Part shown: in pieces, positions 1 to 14,600 of the stretch
How positions within the stretch are numbered: the stretch's first letter is position 1
Layout of the letters: the number at the start of each line of letters is the position of its first letter
DNA from: Botryllus schlosseri
Taxonomy: Eukaryota
Direction of reading: 5' to 3'
NCBI GenBank assembly: GCA_051294905.1
Contig: CM119372.1
Coordinates: 14,510,001 to 14,570,000 of the forward strand
Length of the DNA stretch: 60,000 nucleotides
Made by a program: the position numbers and the translations under genes
Notes under the pieces: model-generated
Databases searched by the model: none
What the model saw: only the letters and a program-made list of their open reading frames with translations
Told to the model about the DNA's origin: nothing

Positions 1-872
1 CGAATACTCGAATGTCTGTGTGCCTTGGAGTCGACTTTTATCAAAATACACTAGCCAAGGCTGTGTCGACAAAAAGAGTTCGTGTATCATCTAAAAATAG
101 TACATTAAACGCTCTCGTATTCGACATTCCGTGCTGGTGACGTCATATTTTGTGTTACGATTGTTGATATACGCTGTTCTTTTGAATTCTCTACTAGTTG
201 CTGACGATTACCCCTGACGAGTGTCAGCCGAAAATATTCGGGTTCATTTCAATATGAATATACTATTCAATTGATCCATGTATATATACATGTATAGAAT
301 TAATTGGTCAATTCAATTAATTGTCTGTGATCCCAAGTATCAAAGGAAATATAAAAAAGCGTCGCAAATGTATTTTCTCACAAGTTAACAATGAATCTGA
401 ATAAACTGATTTTCCAGCTGTAGTCACAAACTAATCAGTAGCAAAGCAACTACTATAGTTTGTACTTTGTAGCCTTGTTATTCGGTATGAATTGGACTAT
501 AGAGTTCATACTCTGAAATGAACGATTAAAACTTGACCTGACATGACCTTGGAATCAATGAGAGAACACTAGCTATCTCATTTGAAATATCATAAGCTCG
601 ACGGTAACAACTGAGTGGGTGGCTAAAAAGATAGCCAATGTCAATAAGTATATTGCGGCTGTACGGATTATTTCTCTCCGATATATGTAAGCTGGAATTT
701 TCATCGCTTGCGTCATGGAAGTAGTCAATAATGTACTATATCGTTAAAGCAGGTATTGTTTTGAAGCCAATCAGATAAATCTGTAGCGGTAGCGAGAGCG
801 ACAGTGTTAAACACTTTGGTGGCCAGCAGCTTGCATTCAAAAACACTATACTTTTTGCGTCGAGGCATTCTT

Positions 873-3800
873 ATGGGTGACCGAAATGCCACTCTTGGAT
901 ACGCGAGAGTCGCAAACATAGACATGACTTCTCCACATACAAGTAAGTACCTATAGTATTGTTAGATCGCTACTTGGTAGTAGGAAGTGCAGGGTAGCAA
1001 ACAACCGCCCTGGAATTAATCCCAGTGGTAGAATATCTCGTTCAGGATAACCTAACCCTTATGCCCAAACGAACATTCCAAAACAGCAAATTCGATTCAA
1101 TACGTATAATGTATGCTCCAAAACCCTGTGAAAAATATATTGCTCAATATATCACGGTATCTTTGGAATTACTTTTATAATGGACTGGATTTTTGAAGAG
1201 ACAAATTTCTTTTGCATGCCGATAGATAGGATACTGTTGACTCGTGTCGTGTCGTGTCGTGTCATATCTATCTGAACTTGTGTATGATAAGAACATGTTA
1301 AACGCCAAATCGTTGCTTGTTGAAAAGAATGAGACCATGCCAATTGCAACTTCCAATCTCGTAAACAATGGCTACTAGGAGAAAAAACATGACTGATGGA
1401 CCTATACGTCCTTTAGCGACAACAATTCGAAAATTCGTTTAGTCAATTGTGTTACAGCTTCACTATCATAATATTCCATGCATCATAATGGATGATCGCT
1501 AGAATGCCATACGGAATTGTACGATAACCAGAGGTGGCAATTGAGTTCTTGCGGTTATGTTGGAGTACATGACACATCATTCATAAAACGACTAATGAAT
1601 GTAAGTGAATTACTTTACCGAATTGTGTACGTGATCGAAATCATTTTATTTCAAAACAATAATATATTTCTCAAATTATGTGGGTTACAATCTGATTTCA
1701 CGTTTGATCCCGCAGAATTTGTGAATCAGTTACTGAAGTTCATGGAATGGATCATTAACTTTCTTATGTAAAGTGTCTGAAAAACTGTATAACTAGCTTC
1801 GTAAATGTAGCATATCACGATAGAAAAGTATTTTGTTTTGTTTTGGCGCTTTTGATTGGCGTGGTTAGTTGCGGTCACAGTTTTGAGCAGTTACGATCTC
1901 GATAATTATTGGCGTGACAAATACACCAGCAAGCATATTGAGATTTTGACAATACCAGTTGCGGTGAATCGGTAGCGTAAAATAGCATTTGCGGTCGCAT
2001 GTTTTGACAATATGCCAACTAGAATTTAACCAATCAATAACTTATAAGACACATATGGTAATACCTAACAACATCGCTCTCATTCTTTGTCAGTATTAAT
2101 AAATAGTCGTTCCCATTTTATGCCATTTCCTTTTCCAAATCGTCAGTAAACCGAAACAATTCGGTTACAGATATATCGGTCAAAATTTTGAAGACGCTTT
2201 AGTGACCTGTCAGACGCAAAATTTCTTTACGGCTGCATGCTATATTGAGCCCAAGAAAATAGTAACTTTACGCTATACTGCATAACGTCGAATATCTACG
2301 AATATGTTCATTTGTGTGATAATTGCTGTGTAATTTTGCGTGTAATATAAACGGGTATATCGATCGGATAGCATTGGAAACATACGTTTATTCCGAAATT
2401 TCGAAATTACTACCCGACACTGTTCCCATAGGATCGTATACCTTTATAAACACTACAAATAATGTACAAGCTCCTCCCGGTCATCTGATCTGCGTAAGCC
2501 GCATCTAAAAAGGCCTAGAAGTGGGTAGTGCTTCAGGTAGCCATATACGGAATCATGCTAAAGAATATCGGTCTGGTGTATCGTTGTAATCGAAAATACC
2601 ATGAATGCCAGAAACAATCACAACACAACAAATATACGATTTGTTAAATCTGTTTGGAAATACTACAATTTACGCAATCCTTTCCAGATTGTTCCGATAT
2701 TCCGGCGACTTATCAAGTCAACGTTGTGATCACCGTCTTCGTCTCGCTTCTATTCTTCCTCGGCCTCATCGGAAACGTTTGTACACTGGCGGTGATTCTT
2801 AAAAACAGAAGCCTGCAAACAAATTTCAATCGATTCCTTATCAGCCTGTGCGCTTCCGACCTGGTATCGGCCTGCATTTGCTCTCCGTTATGGCTGTACC
2901 GGAGGACCTGGGGATTTACCACGTGGCAATGGGGCATCGCTTTGTGTAAGTGATTTATGAACATTTCGTGCATATTGCACTCTATATAGATTGCGGTGAC
3001 TTGGGCAGCAAGCATATTTTCGTAATGGCACATTATTTTTCGTCACATAAACTAATTTCGGATGGATGTTTACAGGTAAATTTTATTGGGTAACGGACTT
3101 TCTGACGGATTTCACGACTTCGCTGCATATTTTGTCGTTTTGTATTTTGCGTTTCTACGCCTTTTCCTGCCCGCTTACGGCGCCGACTACGAGATTTGGA
3201 GAGTGGCATTTTCGATTTTACATCGCCGGATTATGGATCTTCTCACTGATTGCTGCCCTGCCGCACGCCCTCTTTATGGATGTTCGACAGGGTAAGAACT
3301 TTGTACCGGTATCAATATCCATACATGTACAGTGTACACCATATCATAGTGGAAATCAATCCGTTTACTAATCTATTCAAGCTCGGCTACGCTCACATGC
3401 AATTTTAGGGAACCATTCATTTGTGGGTGTCGACTGGCAAGTTGCTGTTGTTTATTTCACACGATATTATGTGCTTGTCGCTTGACAGCCTTTTCCACCA
3501 CGGTCAAGGAAAATGCATAGTGTATAAGATGCAAAATAACGGTCAAAAGGAAGTGGAGCGCGTTATAAGTTTAAATTTTATACATATTGTATCAAATGAC
3601 CATTTGTCAAAACAGCGCACCGTTCCACTGCAGCAACAACCATTATAGACTCTTTTGAGATAGGCTAAACTGCTTCTAGTTCATGAAATTGGAAATGTGA
3701 ATCGTAATATTCAGTGTTCGTGTTCATAATAAATTGTGGTCGATGTAGGTTATTTAGAATTATTTTATCTATTAAGCCTATATTGCTATCTAATGACGTT

Positions 3801-6437
3801 ATCATGCCTTACGATATTTGAATGAAGTCCAAACATTCCTGCCGTGGATCGCATAACATCATTTTGAGTCAAACATATGTCTGTTTTAGCGTGTTTATCG
3901 AGTTTACCCTTATATCGATTCGATCGATTAACACGAGGCAGATTAAAACAAACCAAAGGCAGTAAACCAATAACGCGGGGCTTTTTCACAGAGAAAAGCC
4001 TGGATCCGTGGCCGTCCTGTTCAATCCGCCAAGAATTCAAAGAACAATATCACATCTACAGCGCCATCATCTACTCGTCGCTGTTCTACGTTCCTGCGGT
4101 ACTTATCACGATATTGTCATTTTTCACAACGAGGAATCTGAGGAAAATGACCGAGTAAGGAGACATATTTTTAAAGTGCTAGTTAGATAAACTGGCAGGA
4201 TAGTAATATTGTTATCAGCGTGACCTGTATTGATGTTGTAGATATACAACAACGATGAGCTATAGATAATGCAATATTTTATGCGACTTGATTTATTAAA
4301 AATTATATGCAATTCACGCGATCATCCAAAGGAATAGACGGACTATATCGTCTCAGGATTCACAAAATTCCTTAGCGGTTCAGTATCATTGCCATGTGTA
4401 TTTGAATGAGCTATTTCCTCTGGTATTTCGATGTTACAACTACTATGAACGCTTAAATATTACCTATGAACAACGGACATTCGTGACAATCTTGAATACG
4501 TTGGGATGTCATAATAAATAGGCCAGCGCAAAGCGCAATAAGCTATAAACTCAATTTCACTTCTGTGCGGTCCCAATGACCATTGACTTGAAAGGTAAAT
4601 ACTAAATATCCGGCGCAAGCTAATCCCAAATTTCTTTAAGGGCCGATTGAGGATCTGCGTTGTGTACGAATTTGCTGACGCAGATCATCAATTACGGCTA
4701 TCGATGACAGCCAATAACATCGGAATATTTGTAGAAGCTTCAAAACGACTCATACATAAATTATATTAGTCGAGCAGTATACTTCGTGTCAGTTGCGAGA
4801 CACAACATGGACTATCACAGTGCTTCCCAACCAGACTTGGACAACTAGAAAATTTTCGGCTTTTCTGAAGTTGATTAGAATTAGAATTATAGCTACACAT
4901 TTTTTACAAGTTAGATTAGAATTAGAATCACTGCATTCGCGAAAACTTTGAAATTGAATGAAGTTCAGTTCGTATCAAACCAGAGTTCGTTCTAATAAGC
5001 ATGAGAATGGCAAATGTGTGTACCGCAAACTTGGCTCGTTTCGCACTATACAGTTATCCTGTAGAATTTCCACGAAGACCAGAAATTGGATTAAAAATTA
5101 GAGCGTAGAAACATTTAACAAATTGTATTATAATCACACTACTGGTATTTCTCTCTAAATAGACAGGCTGTTCAAAAATAACCTTTTTACCTGAATCTTG
5201 CTGGCTACGTGATTAAATCGTTAGGTTGCCTTAAAAAACGACGCTCACCAAATTTGAATTCATTCCAACCAATATTCGCGGATTTCGTACAGTTGGAAAA
5301 TTTTGAATTTGCCCAAAAATGCCAAATATTTTTTTTCAAATTTTACTGCCAACCCCATAAAATTGTTGCGCTGTCTTCAAAAACGATGCAAAACAAATTT
5401 GACTCAATTCCAAGCCGTAGAAGTGGAGTTATATCAGTTTTTCTTTGATAATTCTGGGATTATCCTTGATCGGTGATCGGCTTCTACAGCTTGGAATTGA
5501 GTCAAATTTGTTTTGCATCGTTTTTGAAGACAGCGCAACAATTTTATGGGGTTGGCAGTAAAATTTGAAAATTTTTTTTTTGCATTTTTGGGCAAATTCA
5601 AAATTTTCAAACTGTACGAAATCCGCGAATAATGGTTGGAATGAATTCAAATTTGGTGTGCGTCGTTTTTTAAGGCAACCTAACGATTAAATCACGTAGC
5701 CAGCAAGATCCAGGAAAAAAGGTCATTTTTGAACAGCCCTATTCTTAGACAATAATAATTTAGTTGTCCAAGTCTGTTCCCAACCTGTGGGTGTTGCAGC
5801 TGTGAATCATAACACTACGCTATATCGTCACTGCTCTTCACGTACGTCAAATGACGTTCTCATTCGTTCGGTCACATCTCATGGTGGGTCGCATGTCATG
5901 GCATTAAAAGTGGGTCGCAAAGTGAAAAGGGAATTTAATCTATTTATTGTCACCACGCTTTGTAATTACGTATATGTACCATGTAGCCAACAAACTTCTG
6001 CACGTTTCACACACAGATCCAACAGAGCTATTTGGCAGATAACAGACGCGGCCCGCCTTCAACGCATTCAAAGCCGGAACAAGTCTGCTCGCTTGCAACT
6101 TCGATTAATATGCGCCTGCTTCATAGTTGGATATGTGCCAGTGGCGGCTTATCTTATATGGACTTCGTCGGCACACGTGAAAAACAATTGCAACATCTAT
6201 TACATAGACTACTGGTTCGGGGTCGCGTCGTACCTGATTCTCAGGGTGTCGGAATGCCTCAATCCTGTCATGTACAACCTGGGATGTATGGAAATGCGCA
6301 ACGCCACGTTTTCTTTCGTGAAAAAGGATATATTTCGACGGGCATCGGCAGTCGCGCGTGCTCCAGCTCAGAGGGGAGAGATATTCTTGTCAAATATATT
6401 CAACTCGAGAGCATCTGCTCACCACAGCACAATGTGA
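873..6437 (+). CDS. Class A (rhodopsin-like) GPCR, orphan peptide-receptor-like, paralog 1 (~375 aa)
   Basis: Spliced model with exons 873-942, 2688-2945, 3076-3291, 3992-4154, 6017-6437. All introns are GT-AG and the exons total 1128 nt in frame. Motifs: N-terminal sequons NAT/NCS, TM1 GNVCT, TM2 SLCASDL, ECL1 WQWGIALC, TM3 ending ILRF, TM4 W, ECL2 WPSC, TM5 FYVP, TM6 CFIVGYVP, TM7 NPVMY. Exon 1 was assigned by phase and sequon and is less certain than exons 2-5. Confidence 0.92.
4832..5776. mobile_element. Non-autonomous hAT-like element in GPCR1 intron 4, containing a nested foldback MITE
   Basis: TIR CAGACTTGGACAACTA...TAGTTGTCCAAGTCTG. Perfect 8-bp TSD TTCCCAAC (4824-4831, 5777-5784). 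ATTAGA subterminal repeats. Confidence 0.9.
5164..5741. mobile_element. Foldback MITE (~260 bp inverted arms)
   Basis: Near-perfect long inverted repeat GGCTGTTCAAAAA...TTTTTGAACAGCCCTA. Highly similar copy at 39743-40361. Confidence 0.92.
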
Positions 6438-7828
6438 TGGAGCTTTATAATGATATCGCAGCTTCAAATAATTGCAAGACGGGCGGCAACATATAGCTTA
6501 TCGACCTTTGTTCTTCCTGTTGCAGATCATAGTATTTTTATTTATATTCTGTTGAAAATAGTATGGCATCAAGAATGTACTCCGGGTGTCTTCTGTCTTG
6601 ACACTCTCTCCCGATGTAGGATTAATTATCGTATTGCAAAGTTTTATCTTTTATTGGATCGGATTTGGTAACCCAAATCCTGATTTACATACAGTCCCTT
6701 CCATCCATGACGCACATTATTTTGCCTTCGTTGAAAACTATTCCACATAATGGCACGACTATATTGAATCATTGAACATATATTATTTTCTACGACATGG
6801 AAATATGCGGCTATGTATCGGACAATTGTTCAAATTGTGGGTATATTGAGATGATCTCCAACAGCTGAATCTTTAGTTTATGAGAAACGGATGGTTTTAT
6901 AACTTCTATCTATTCCTTCTAGGGAATTGAATTGTCGTTGTGGGTCGCAATAGACCCTCGTGTTTAGTATTGTGGCATCTGGGATATAGTAAGGGTTGGC
7001 ATGTTAAAAGTAGCCTAACCGCAAAATTTGGGAAGTTGATATATAAAGGGTTATCACTTTCGACCATCACCCTCATCGCTATTTTGTCCCGTGACGAGCA
7101 CTGACAATCGGTGCTTCAGCACCCCCTCATCCTCTCCCAGCACCCCAAACAAATGTTGGTATCAGGGCCCCCATGGATCGATAAATATAACAGTTTCCCT
7201 CTTATATGCGAAATCATAACGGTGAAGGCAAAAGCAACGCAATTGCAAGTTTGCACGTAGATTCGGCAGGCAGTTACCGCACGTTCTAAATACCTAGAGA
7301 CTAGAACAAAAATTCTTCTCCTGAGATGCACACTATGCCAAACAGAGGCGTGCGGTTGGGGATGAAACTGAAGAAGTGGATCACCTGTAGTCAGGATGAA
7401 TAAATGTAAATTGTGAAAATCTTCATTGATTAACGACATAAATTATGGTTATTTTCTATCAATGTTCATGAACGACTAATTGACTATACATTTAAAAAAA
7501 ATTACACCCAAGATCAGGGTATTTGCATGTTTATTGTTCCAAAATATAGTGCGAAAGGAGGAGGGGAGGCATAGAAAGGTCAAGCCCCAACCGTGATAAA
7601 GCAATTTATCATAAACAGATGAGAATTTAAAATAACTGGTACTAATCGAATGCTATCGTCGCACTGATTCCAAAAATCTAAATAATAATAATCATAATGG
7701 CAAAGCACCAGAGCCCCATGAAAATCGCCAGGGAATGTGAAATTTCGCTTTGTTACGTACAATCGCAGCGCTTTGCGCTATCGGCTTTGCACATCGGCGG
7801 CGTAGTATGAATTGTGTATTTGCGACTG

Positions 7829-8085
7829 CAGAGATGGTCGGATTCCCAAATTTCGGGATCCGAATCCGGCTGGAAATGGAATTCAGAGTCCGAAACAATT
7901 CGGCCGGTGAATATCCTATTGGGAATCCGAAAAATGCCTGCCAAATCCATGTCAATTATTCATATTTCAGTTGAAAAATCCGACCGTCAAAGCAAATTGA
8001 CAATCCGGATCCAGTCCGGCTACGTTTAAAATCGATAAAATCCTGCCCCAGCTCCGGTTCCGGAACCGGACTGTGGCCATCCCTG
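7829..8085. mobile_element. MITE with ATCCGG/TTCCGG subterminal repeats
   Basis: Imperfect TIR CAGAGATGGTC / GGCCATCCCTG and many (A/T)TCCGG motifs. TSD is degenerate. Confidence 0.65.
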
Positions 8086-8469
8086 CTTGCGAGTTACGAT
8101 GGCCAACATGTAGTGCACATGCACAGCAAATGCATTCCTATACTGTTGTAGCTGTTATGAATTTTCCTTCCACACCTACCTTCAGCTGTTATTATATATA
8201 GTAGCCTAGCTTATTGCGTAGCCCGCGCGCAAAGAGTGCTAATGTGATAAGAAACAAGTCGTCAACTAAATCAGATATTACCATTTTGGTTTTTATATTT
8301 CTAAATCCGGTTCTAAAATGGTCAGTGCCTTACCAATCAAGAACCACGCCGCATGTCATTGATTCGTAATGATCATGTCTTTATATGAGTCTCGTTTTCT
8401 CCGCGAGCCGCATTTGGCCGGTGGTACTCAGGTTACATGGACACTGTGGACAGGATGGAGAGGACTACT

Positions 8470-8550
8470 TGACGAGAGAGAGAGAGTGTTTATTTTCATC
8501 CAACCGAAATACATAACAAGCGGACGGCAATGATAGTGGTACAGAGAATA
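8470..8550 (-). mobile_element. LINE 3' tail fragment (same family as 59493-59875)
   Basis: Reverse complement reads ATGTATTTCGGTTGGATGAAAATAAACACTCTCTCTCTC, matching ~59830-59873. Confidence 0.7.
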
Positions 8551-8924
8551 CACATGCACCATTGCACATTGTTCGTTATCATGTACGAATGATCGATACG
8601 ACCCGACGTCCGACATATCAAGACAATCGTTTCGGCCAGCATGTGGCGGTCATTTTGAGCCAAGTTTTTATCGTCGCTGGTCCACTACCACCGCCTTTCG
8701 CAGTGACTCATGTTGAAACTTAATGGGTGGCCTAATATATATGTAGGGAGCAAAAAAGTCCGTTGACAGCGTGACCATGTCGACAAGTCCCGCACCCGCA
8801 GGTTGGGCACCACTGAACTACGGCAACGAGACGACCACAATCTACATTAGGAGCAACATAGACCTTTCTTTCATGATTTCCGAGGATGAATACATCTAGA
8901 CTCAATTATTTTTCGGGTGTATGC

Positions 8925-9347
8925 CAGAGATGAGCATGGATTAGGATTAGGTTTTGAAAAAACAGGATTTGTGAAATTTTGTCGGATTTGGATTGGATTT
9001 GGATTAAACATTTTTTTCGTAACGGATTAGGATTTGGATTGGATTTACCTATTTTCTGGGGGATTAAAATGTCGTGTGGCGAATGGCGACAAACTTTATT
9101 CAGATCAGTTATTATTGTACTTATGGTTACTGAGTTATCTTGAATCAAATGAATCGTTGGTTGTGAAAATTTTCGAATCCCACCATTGCATAAATTAGTA
9201 TTTTTTCTGAATTTCCAGTTGGAATCGGATTAGGATTGGACATGGACTTGAATATGAAAAAGTTATGGATTAGGATTTGGATTTGGATTTGAAGGTTCGG
9301 ATTTGGATTGGATTAGGACATAGAAATTTCAAATCCGCTCATCTCTG
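8925..9347. mobile_element. hAT-like MITE with GGATT(A/T) subterminal repeats
   Basis: TIR CAGAGATGAGC...GCTCATCTCTG. Perfect 8-bp TSD GTGTATGC (8917-8924, 9348-9355). Confidence 0.9.
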
Positions 9348-10639
9348 GTGTATGCCTAACCCTTATACAAATCAAGAAATCCAGTCACGTAGAAAAATAT
9401 TCAGGTTAAAAGAATCTACGCGAAAATACCTTATTTCATAATTCATTAAGGACGATATGGCAACCCTGCATATATATGGCACATCGGTGTGCCAGTTACA
9501 TGAGAGATCCTCTGCAGTCTACATCACAAAATATTTCATACCATTACCTATTACGTCAAACGTCTCCATAAAATGAATAACTTATACCTTACAAGCTGTT
9601 TACAGAGATATGGAGACTCCGAGTCAGTAATTCAAGACGGTTTGCAATTTGTATTCGAATAAGCATCGAATTAGTCAATGAACAGGAAGATATCGAGGTG
9701 CAGCTAGCTAGACAAAAACGGGAAAATGACACTCGCCTTTTACGTGTAATTATAGCACGATCTGTACCAGACATGCCTACAAATCCCTCACATTATTTGC
9801 ATTGGCAGTTATGAGAAGTTGACAAATAATTGTAACGTGGTAGCGACGCTTGGTGGTAACATTTGAAAGAAAGTCACGAAAATTCTCCCGTAGTAGATAC
9901 AGTAAAGTTGATTAGGTGCCTTGTGACCATAACATACTTCCTCACAATTCACACGGCGGTCAATCAAAATAGCAATTCCCGAGAGAAGGTATCAGCCGAA
10001 CATCAATCGCTAATAAAATTCTTCGTAATTAGGTAGCGAGGCAAGAGGCCAGCATATACGTATAGATATGCATATCATTCGATTTAACAATGAAATACAT
10101 ACCGCTTAGGCGCTTAGCATGATGAAGATCTGATCGAAAGAAGGGGTTAAAGTCCTATAGTCAAGCAGCAGGTTGATGATAAACCCTATAGGTCGACTTG
10201 CCTTGTCTGGACGGTACAGAGAGAGGGAGAGAGATTTATTGATTTGTCCAACCGCAAAGAAAACAACATTGGCACATGAAACAACAATTATGAACTTAAC
10301 GGTATAGGACAGGGTGTGACCGATATGACTCTGGGTAGGGTCAACTGGTCTGACCACACCCTGCATTAACAAATACAGATATTGCGTCATAAATTTGGAT
10401 GCAATTGGTTGGGATCAATCAATTCAATTCAGCTCAGCATAATAATAAAATACTAACAAAGACAAATTTGGTGTGAGACAAGCGGATCATGCCATAAAAC
10501 GACAAACGGATAGCCAGAAGAAAATTTAGACCGTCCCAAAATACTTCAAAGAACGAATAAAAGTTGTCATTGGCATGTGATCACTGTATGATTGTAAATT
10601 GCTACTTTCAACAGTAAGCATCGCCCTACGTCTACAATT

Positions 10640-10705
10640 ACAGTCATTTAATATAATCCACAGCTACGGCACCAATGGGTTGCGGGTTCGAGTCCGACCG
10701 AGGTC
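10640..10705 (+). mobile_element. Degenerate tRNA-derived SINE head
   Basis: B-box-like GGTTCGAGTCC. A related copy lies in reverse orientation at ~50075-50140. Confidence 0.5.
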
Positions 10706-11607
10706 GGAAGTAGTACAATTCTGACATTATGTGGGAAAACACCTAATTTGCATACGTTAGGTCAAAATTTAGTCAAAATTAAGTTTTTTAAAGTCAAAAA
10801 ATGTCAAAATTTTGATTTTTTAGGTCAAAGATTTCCTTTTTTTACGTAAAAAAAATCACCCTATTGATAAGGGTTTCAAGAAATCCTTCCATCCGGCTAC
10901 TCGTGATACTATTGCTAGTCAGAGCCAGGGATATCTAGAACTCCTCGATATCCCTGATCTTAGTACATTGAGGTGGAAACTGGACCAATCTTGGTAATTG
11001 GTCTGAGTGGTATTTGTTAGACAGCGTTTTGTCAATGTGACTCCAAAATGCATGAATCGGTAAGCAACAACAATCTTGAAGTTGTTGTTGCAGTCAAACG
11101 CACGTTCCGGAATTATATTGTTTTGAACTAATAATCGAAACCTGCTTACCAACAAAACATTTTTGTGCCAAACAATTCAATCTTATATATATATATATAT
11201 ATGTATCCTTCAATAATAGCGATATTATTATTATTATTTCCATCCATCACGTTACATCTCCGAGCTCATTACATATTTATGACTATCGTTTGAATCATAC
11301 TTTTACGTATAGTAGTATCCCGTAGACTCGCCGGAGCACTCGTCTATTATGGTTCTAGTGATGCAACGACTGCTATGCTATCCAGGATTGCAAATGAGAT
11401 AAGATAATTTCATGCTGAGATGATTTAGCACCCGTCAATCATCTACCCCATGGTGTTTTTGCAGTCGTATGTCGTGCGGATCGATTACCTTAGATACTTG
11501 TATATTTAGTTCGCGAACAATTCAGCACCTTGTCGCGTGTGGAGATACTGATAACGCTCCTGGTGAAAACAGACAAGATACTCACTGTGGTGGCGTTTTC
11601 AGCTGTG

Positions 11608-14600
11608 ATGACGACTTCTGTTGAATTTCCGAATTCAACCGGAGATACTGCGACGCAAGTCGGACTAGGGACATCTCTGGGAATAATAGGTAAGTCGTTT
11701 GTATAATTGTATCACTATGTAAGATTAAAACGTATGGCACTGAATATGTGTGAACTGACTGAATTTTTACCAGGTTAGAGTACTTTGAATTTGACATACT
11801 GTCAGTAATTTTTGGACGGCCGTACGCACACGTATGACACGAGTTTTCACATTGGATGTGAAACTCAAATAGCTCGCACTTCATAACCTTATACTCCCGT
11901 TGCTTGCATACGCGGTTATAAATTTCCATCATAAGGGATATCTATTATGTTGTAGCAAATGTATCATGTTTATTCTTGTAATTCGAATGATATAGCTGAT
12001 GGGATTTTCTATATAATATACCGCAGACTAAGATCGTGTGAACGTGAGGTTCACGTTCGCGTTCCGTGTGCGAACCTCAGAAATTTAGAGGTTCACGTTC
12101 GCAAACGAACCTTGGTAGGTTCTGTACTATGAACCATTGAACCTTTTTCATGGATTACCATTTTTCACGTCATTATAACATATTTGGTTGACATTTATTG
12201 CATTTCAACAGCAGGCACTTATATGCAGCATAAAAAAATCAACACTAAACTAGCAAGCACCTTGATAATCTCAAATTTTTACTTGCTTTGTTACAAAAGT
12301 TTGCTAGATTTCCCTGGTAGGTAGTCGGCGAAGGATGCTTATTCAACCAATCAATGAAATTGATATCGATATGTCATGTAAAAAAAATCTAGCAAGCGTA
12401 CGGAGTCAATCTTGATTTCATGTTCATTGTATCACAAAAAAACAAATCTGAGCGATGGAGGTGTTGGTTACTGCTGTGTAACTTGTTAATGGGGTAATAT
12501 CGGTAGCGAGTATAGAAACCTGTTTTACGCTCTGCTCAATATCAACAATCAACATATACCAATACTCAGACGCCGACTACATTGTTCGGTCTGGCCTAGG
12601 CCAGTGGTTCTCAACTGGAGGGGGATTCCCCATAGGTGGGGAATTCAATAGTTTCTGGTGGGGAATAGACGAATTTGTTAAACATTATATACAGGATAGT
12701 CTATACCAGGGGTCGCCAACTCAAAATGGGTCGTGGGCCACTCTTCAAAATTCGTTGGGCCACGGGCCGCATGACTTCAATATAATGATAAAATGAGGCA
12801 ACGCAGTTTAACAACCAGTACGTTTTGATAAGTCTACGTCAGTACTACGCTGTGCTCTCAAACATGGGCGATGGGCATAGTTACCAAAAAATAAATAATA
12901 TTTTATTGATGAAATACAAATACACCAAAAATTCGGGATGGTGTGAACCTCTGAAAGGTTCAGGTTCGTTTCGGCCAAGGTTTTTTCGCTGCCGATCGTT
13001 CTGGTACACTTCTTGGAGTCGCATTTTACATGGCCTAAAACTTCATACGTCTTGGTGCGCCGTGGCGCGGCAATGGCCAACGCTGATATGCCCATTTCTA
13101 TAAATCTTGCGTATTTTTTCTTGGGGGAAGAGTACCCAATAATCAAGATATTTGGGCACTTAAAATTGCGCCTAGCGCGAAATATTTTTGAAAAAGTTGC
13201 ATAAATTTTCAAAAAATACTCTATAATTTATGCTAATTCACGAAATAATTTTGGGCCCCCTTCGAGCTCCCCCCCCCAATTGGGGCGTTTGGGGTGCTGC
13301 AGTTACGGCCCTGATCGTAGGCACTGGGGGTACCATGGTCCAATGTGCTCCACGTGAGCATTTTGATCTGGGCAACGATGCTATTCGGAAAACTATTAAT
13401 TTGATTGAAATGAATGAAAATTTAGGTTGTTCGTCTAACTTTTTCAGCAAAATACGTATAGATATAGCGAAATTGAATATTAAGAAATTTTCTCCCTATT
13501 CCGTTTGCGAAAATAGTTCCAAAACTGTTTGGATCAAATCTGAAATGTAGTTGAAAAAGAATACAGATGTCATTGTAAGTATGCCCATTGCCCTATACCC
13601 AGTCATAATGAAGTGTCTCAACTACCCATATTGTAGGGATCCACGGGTGCCTTGATAGATTCTTCTGTTTCGAGACTTGCGTGAAAAAGCTGACAATGAT
13701 AGTGGTTATCACGGACATTATGAGGATTGTACAAACTGATGAAACTCGCGAGTGCAGGACGTAGGTACATGGCGCGGAAACAAAACTGATTGTTGCGTTA
13801 TATCATTTTTCTTATTACCAACTAACGAATTGGTATAAATATATCAGAATGTAGACAGTCCTATTCGTATGGAACATACCATATATGATGTGTGGGCTCA
13901 GCGGAATGCAGCAAATATATCCTCTGCCTATTTCCAGATTGCTGTTGCTAGTCGATTCTGTATATACCTACAAATCACCACAATTGGTGACCACGTAACT
14001 ATACCATTAACTTAAACGACTATAGTCGCCGGACGAACTCACTTCCAATTTAATGCCAATTCACAAAAACCTGACATGTCCATGTTACGCCACAAAGACC
14101 GATATCATTTCTATATTTCGAGTGGAACTACGCCAGTCGAAGAATATTTTGAAATAGGAAAGTGATGAGACACAGCAATAAAAAGGTTAAGAACCATATG
14201 AACGCTCTATGGGCTTGACGAACCGGCGAAGACTTCAAATCTTGCCCAGTCACTGCGGATATTGATATGGTTTCATAACATATCCATATCCCATAGTTAT
14301 AGTTTTATATTCTTATTTTGTGCTGTATAGTTCTCACGGGAGTTGTTAATTAAATATTTAAACACAGAGCGGTTTTTGCTCAATGACCAACGGTTCTACA
14401 CCAATAGTTGAAAAGAGGCGCGAAACAATTCTTCGCACAAAGCAAAACAAATTTAATATTCAGAGCGCATCGTTTAGTGATTGCCACGAAAACGTATATC
14501 AATGACATCGTTAGTGTGTAACTTTGCCTGCGAATATTAAGGTTTATCGTGGTGAAATGGATAATGACTTACTCAAGCATCCACGCTAGTTTAAGTCCCC

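Noticed and set aside
2601..2687. ATG at 2601 (MNARNNHNTT) as the GPCR1 start
   Set aside because: It is out of frame with the TM1 exon and has no phase-compatible donor. Exon 873-942 fits with a strong donor.
5209..5650. Mirror-image ORFs (also 39899-40230 and 54807-55073)
   Set aside because: Artefacts of the foldback MITE arms; no transposase motifs.
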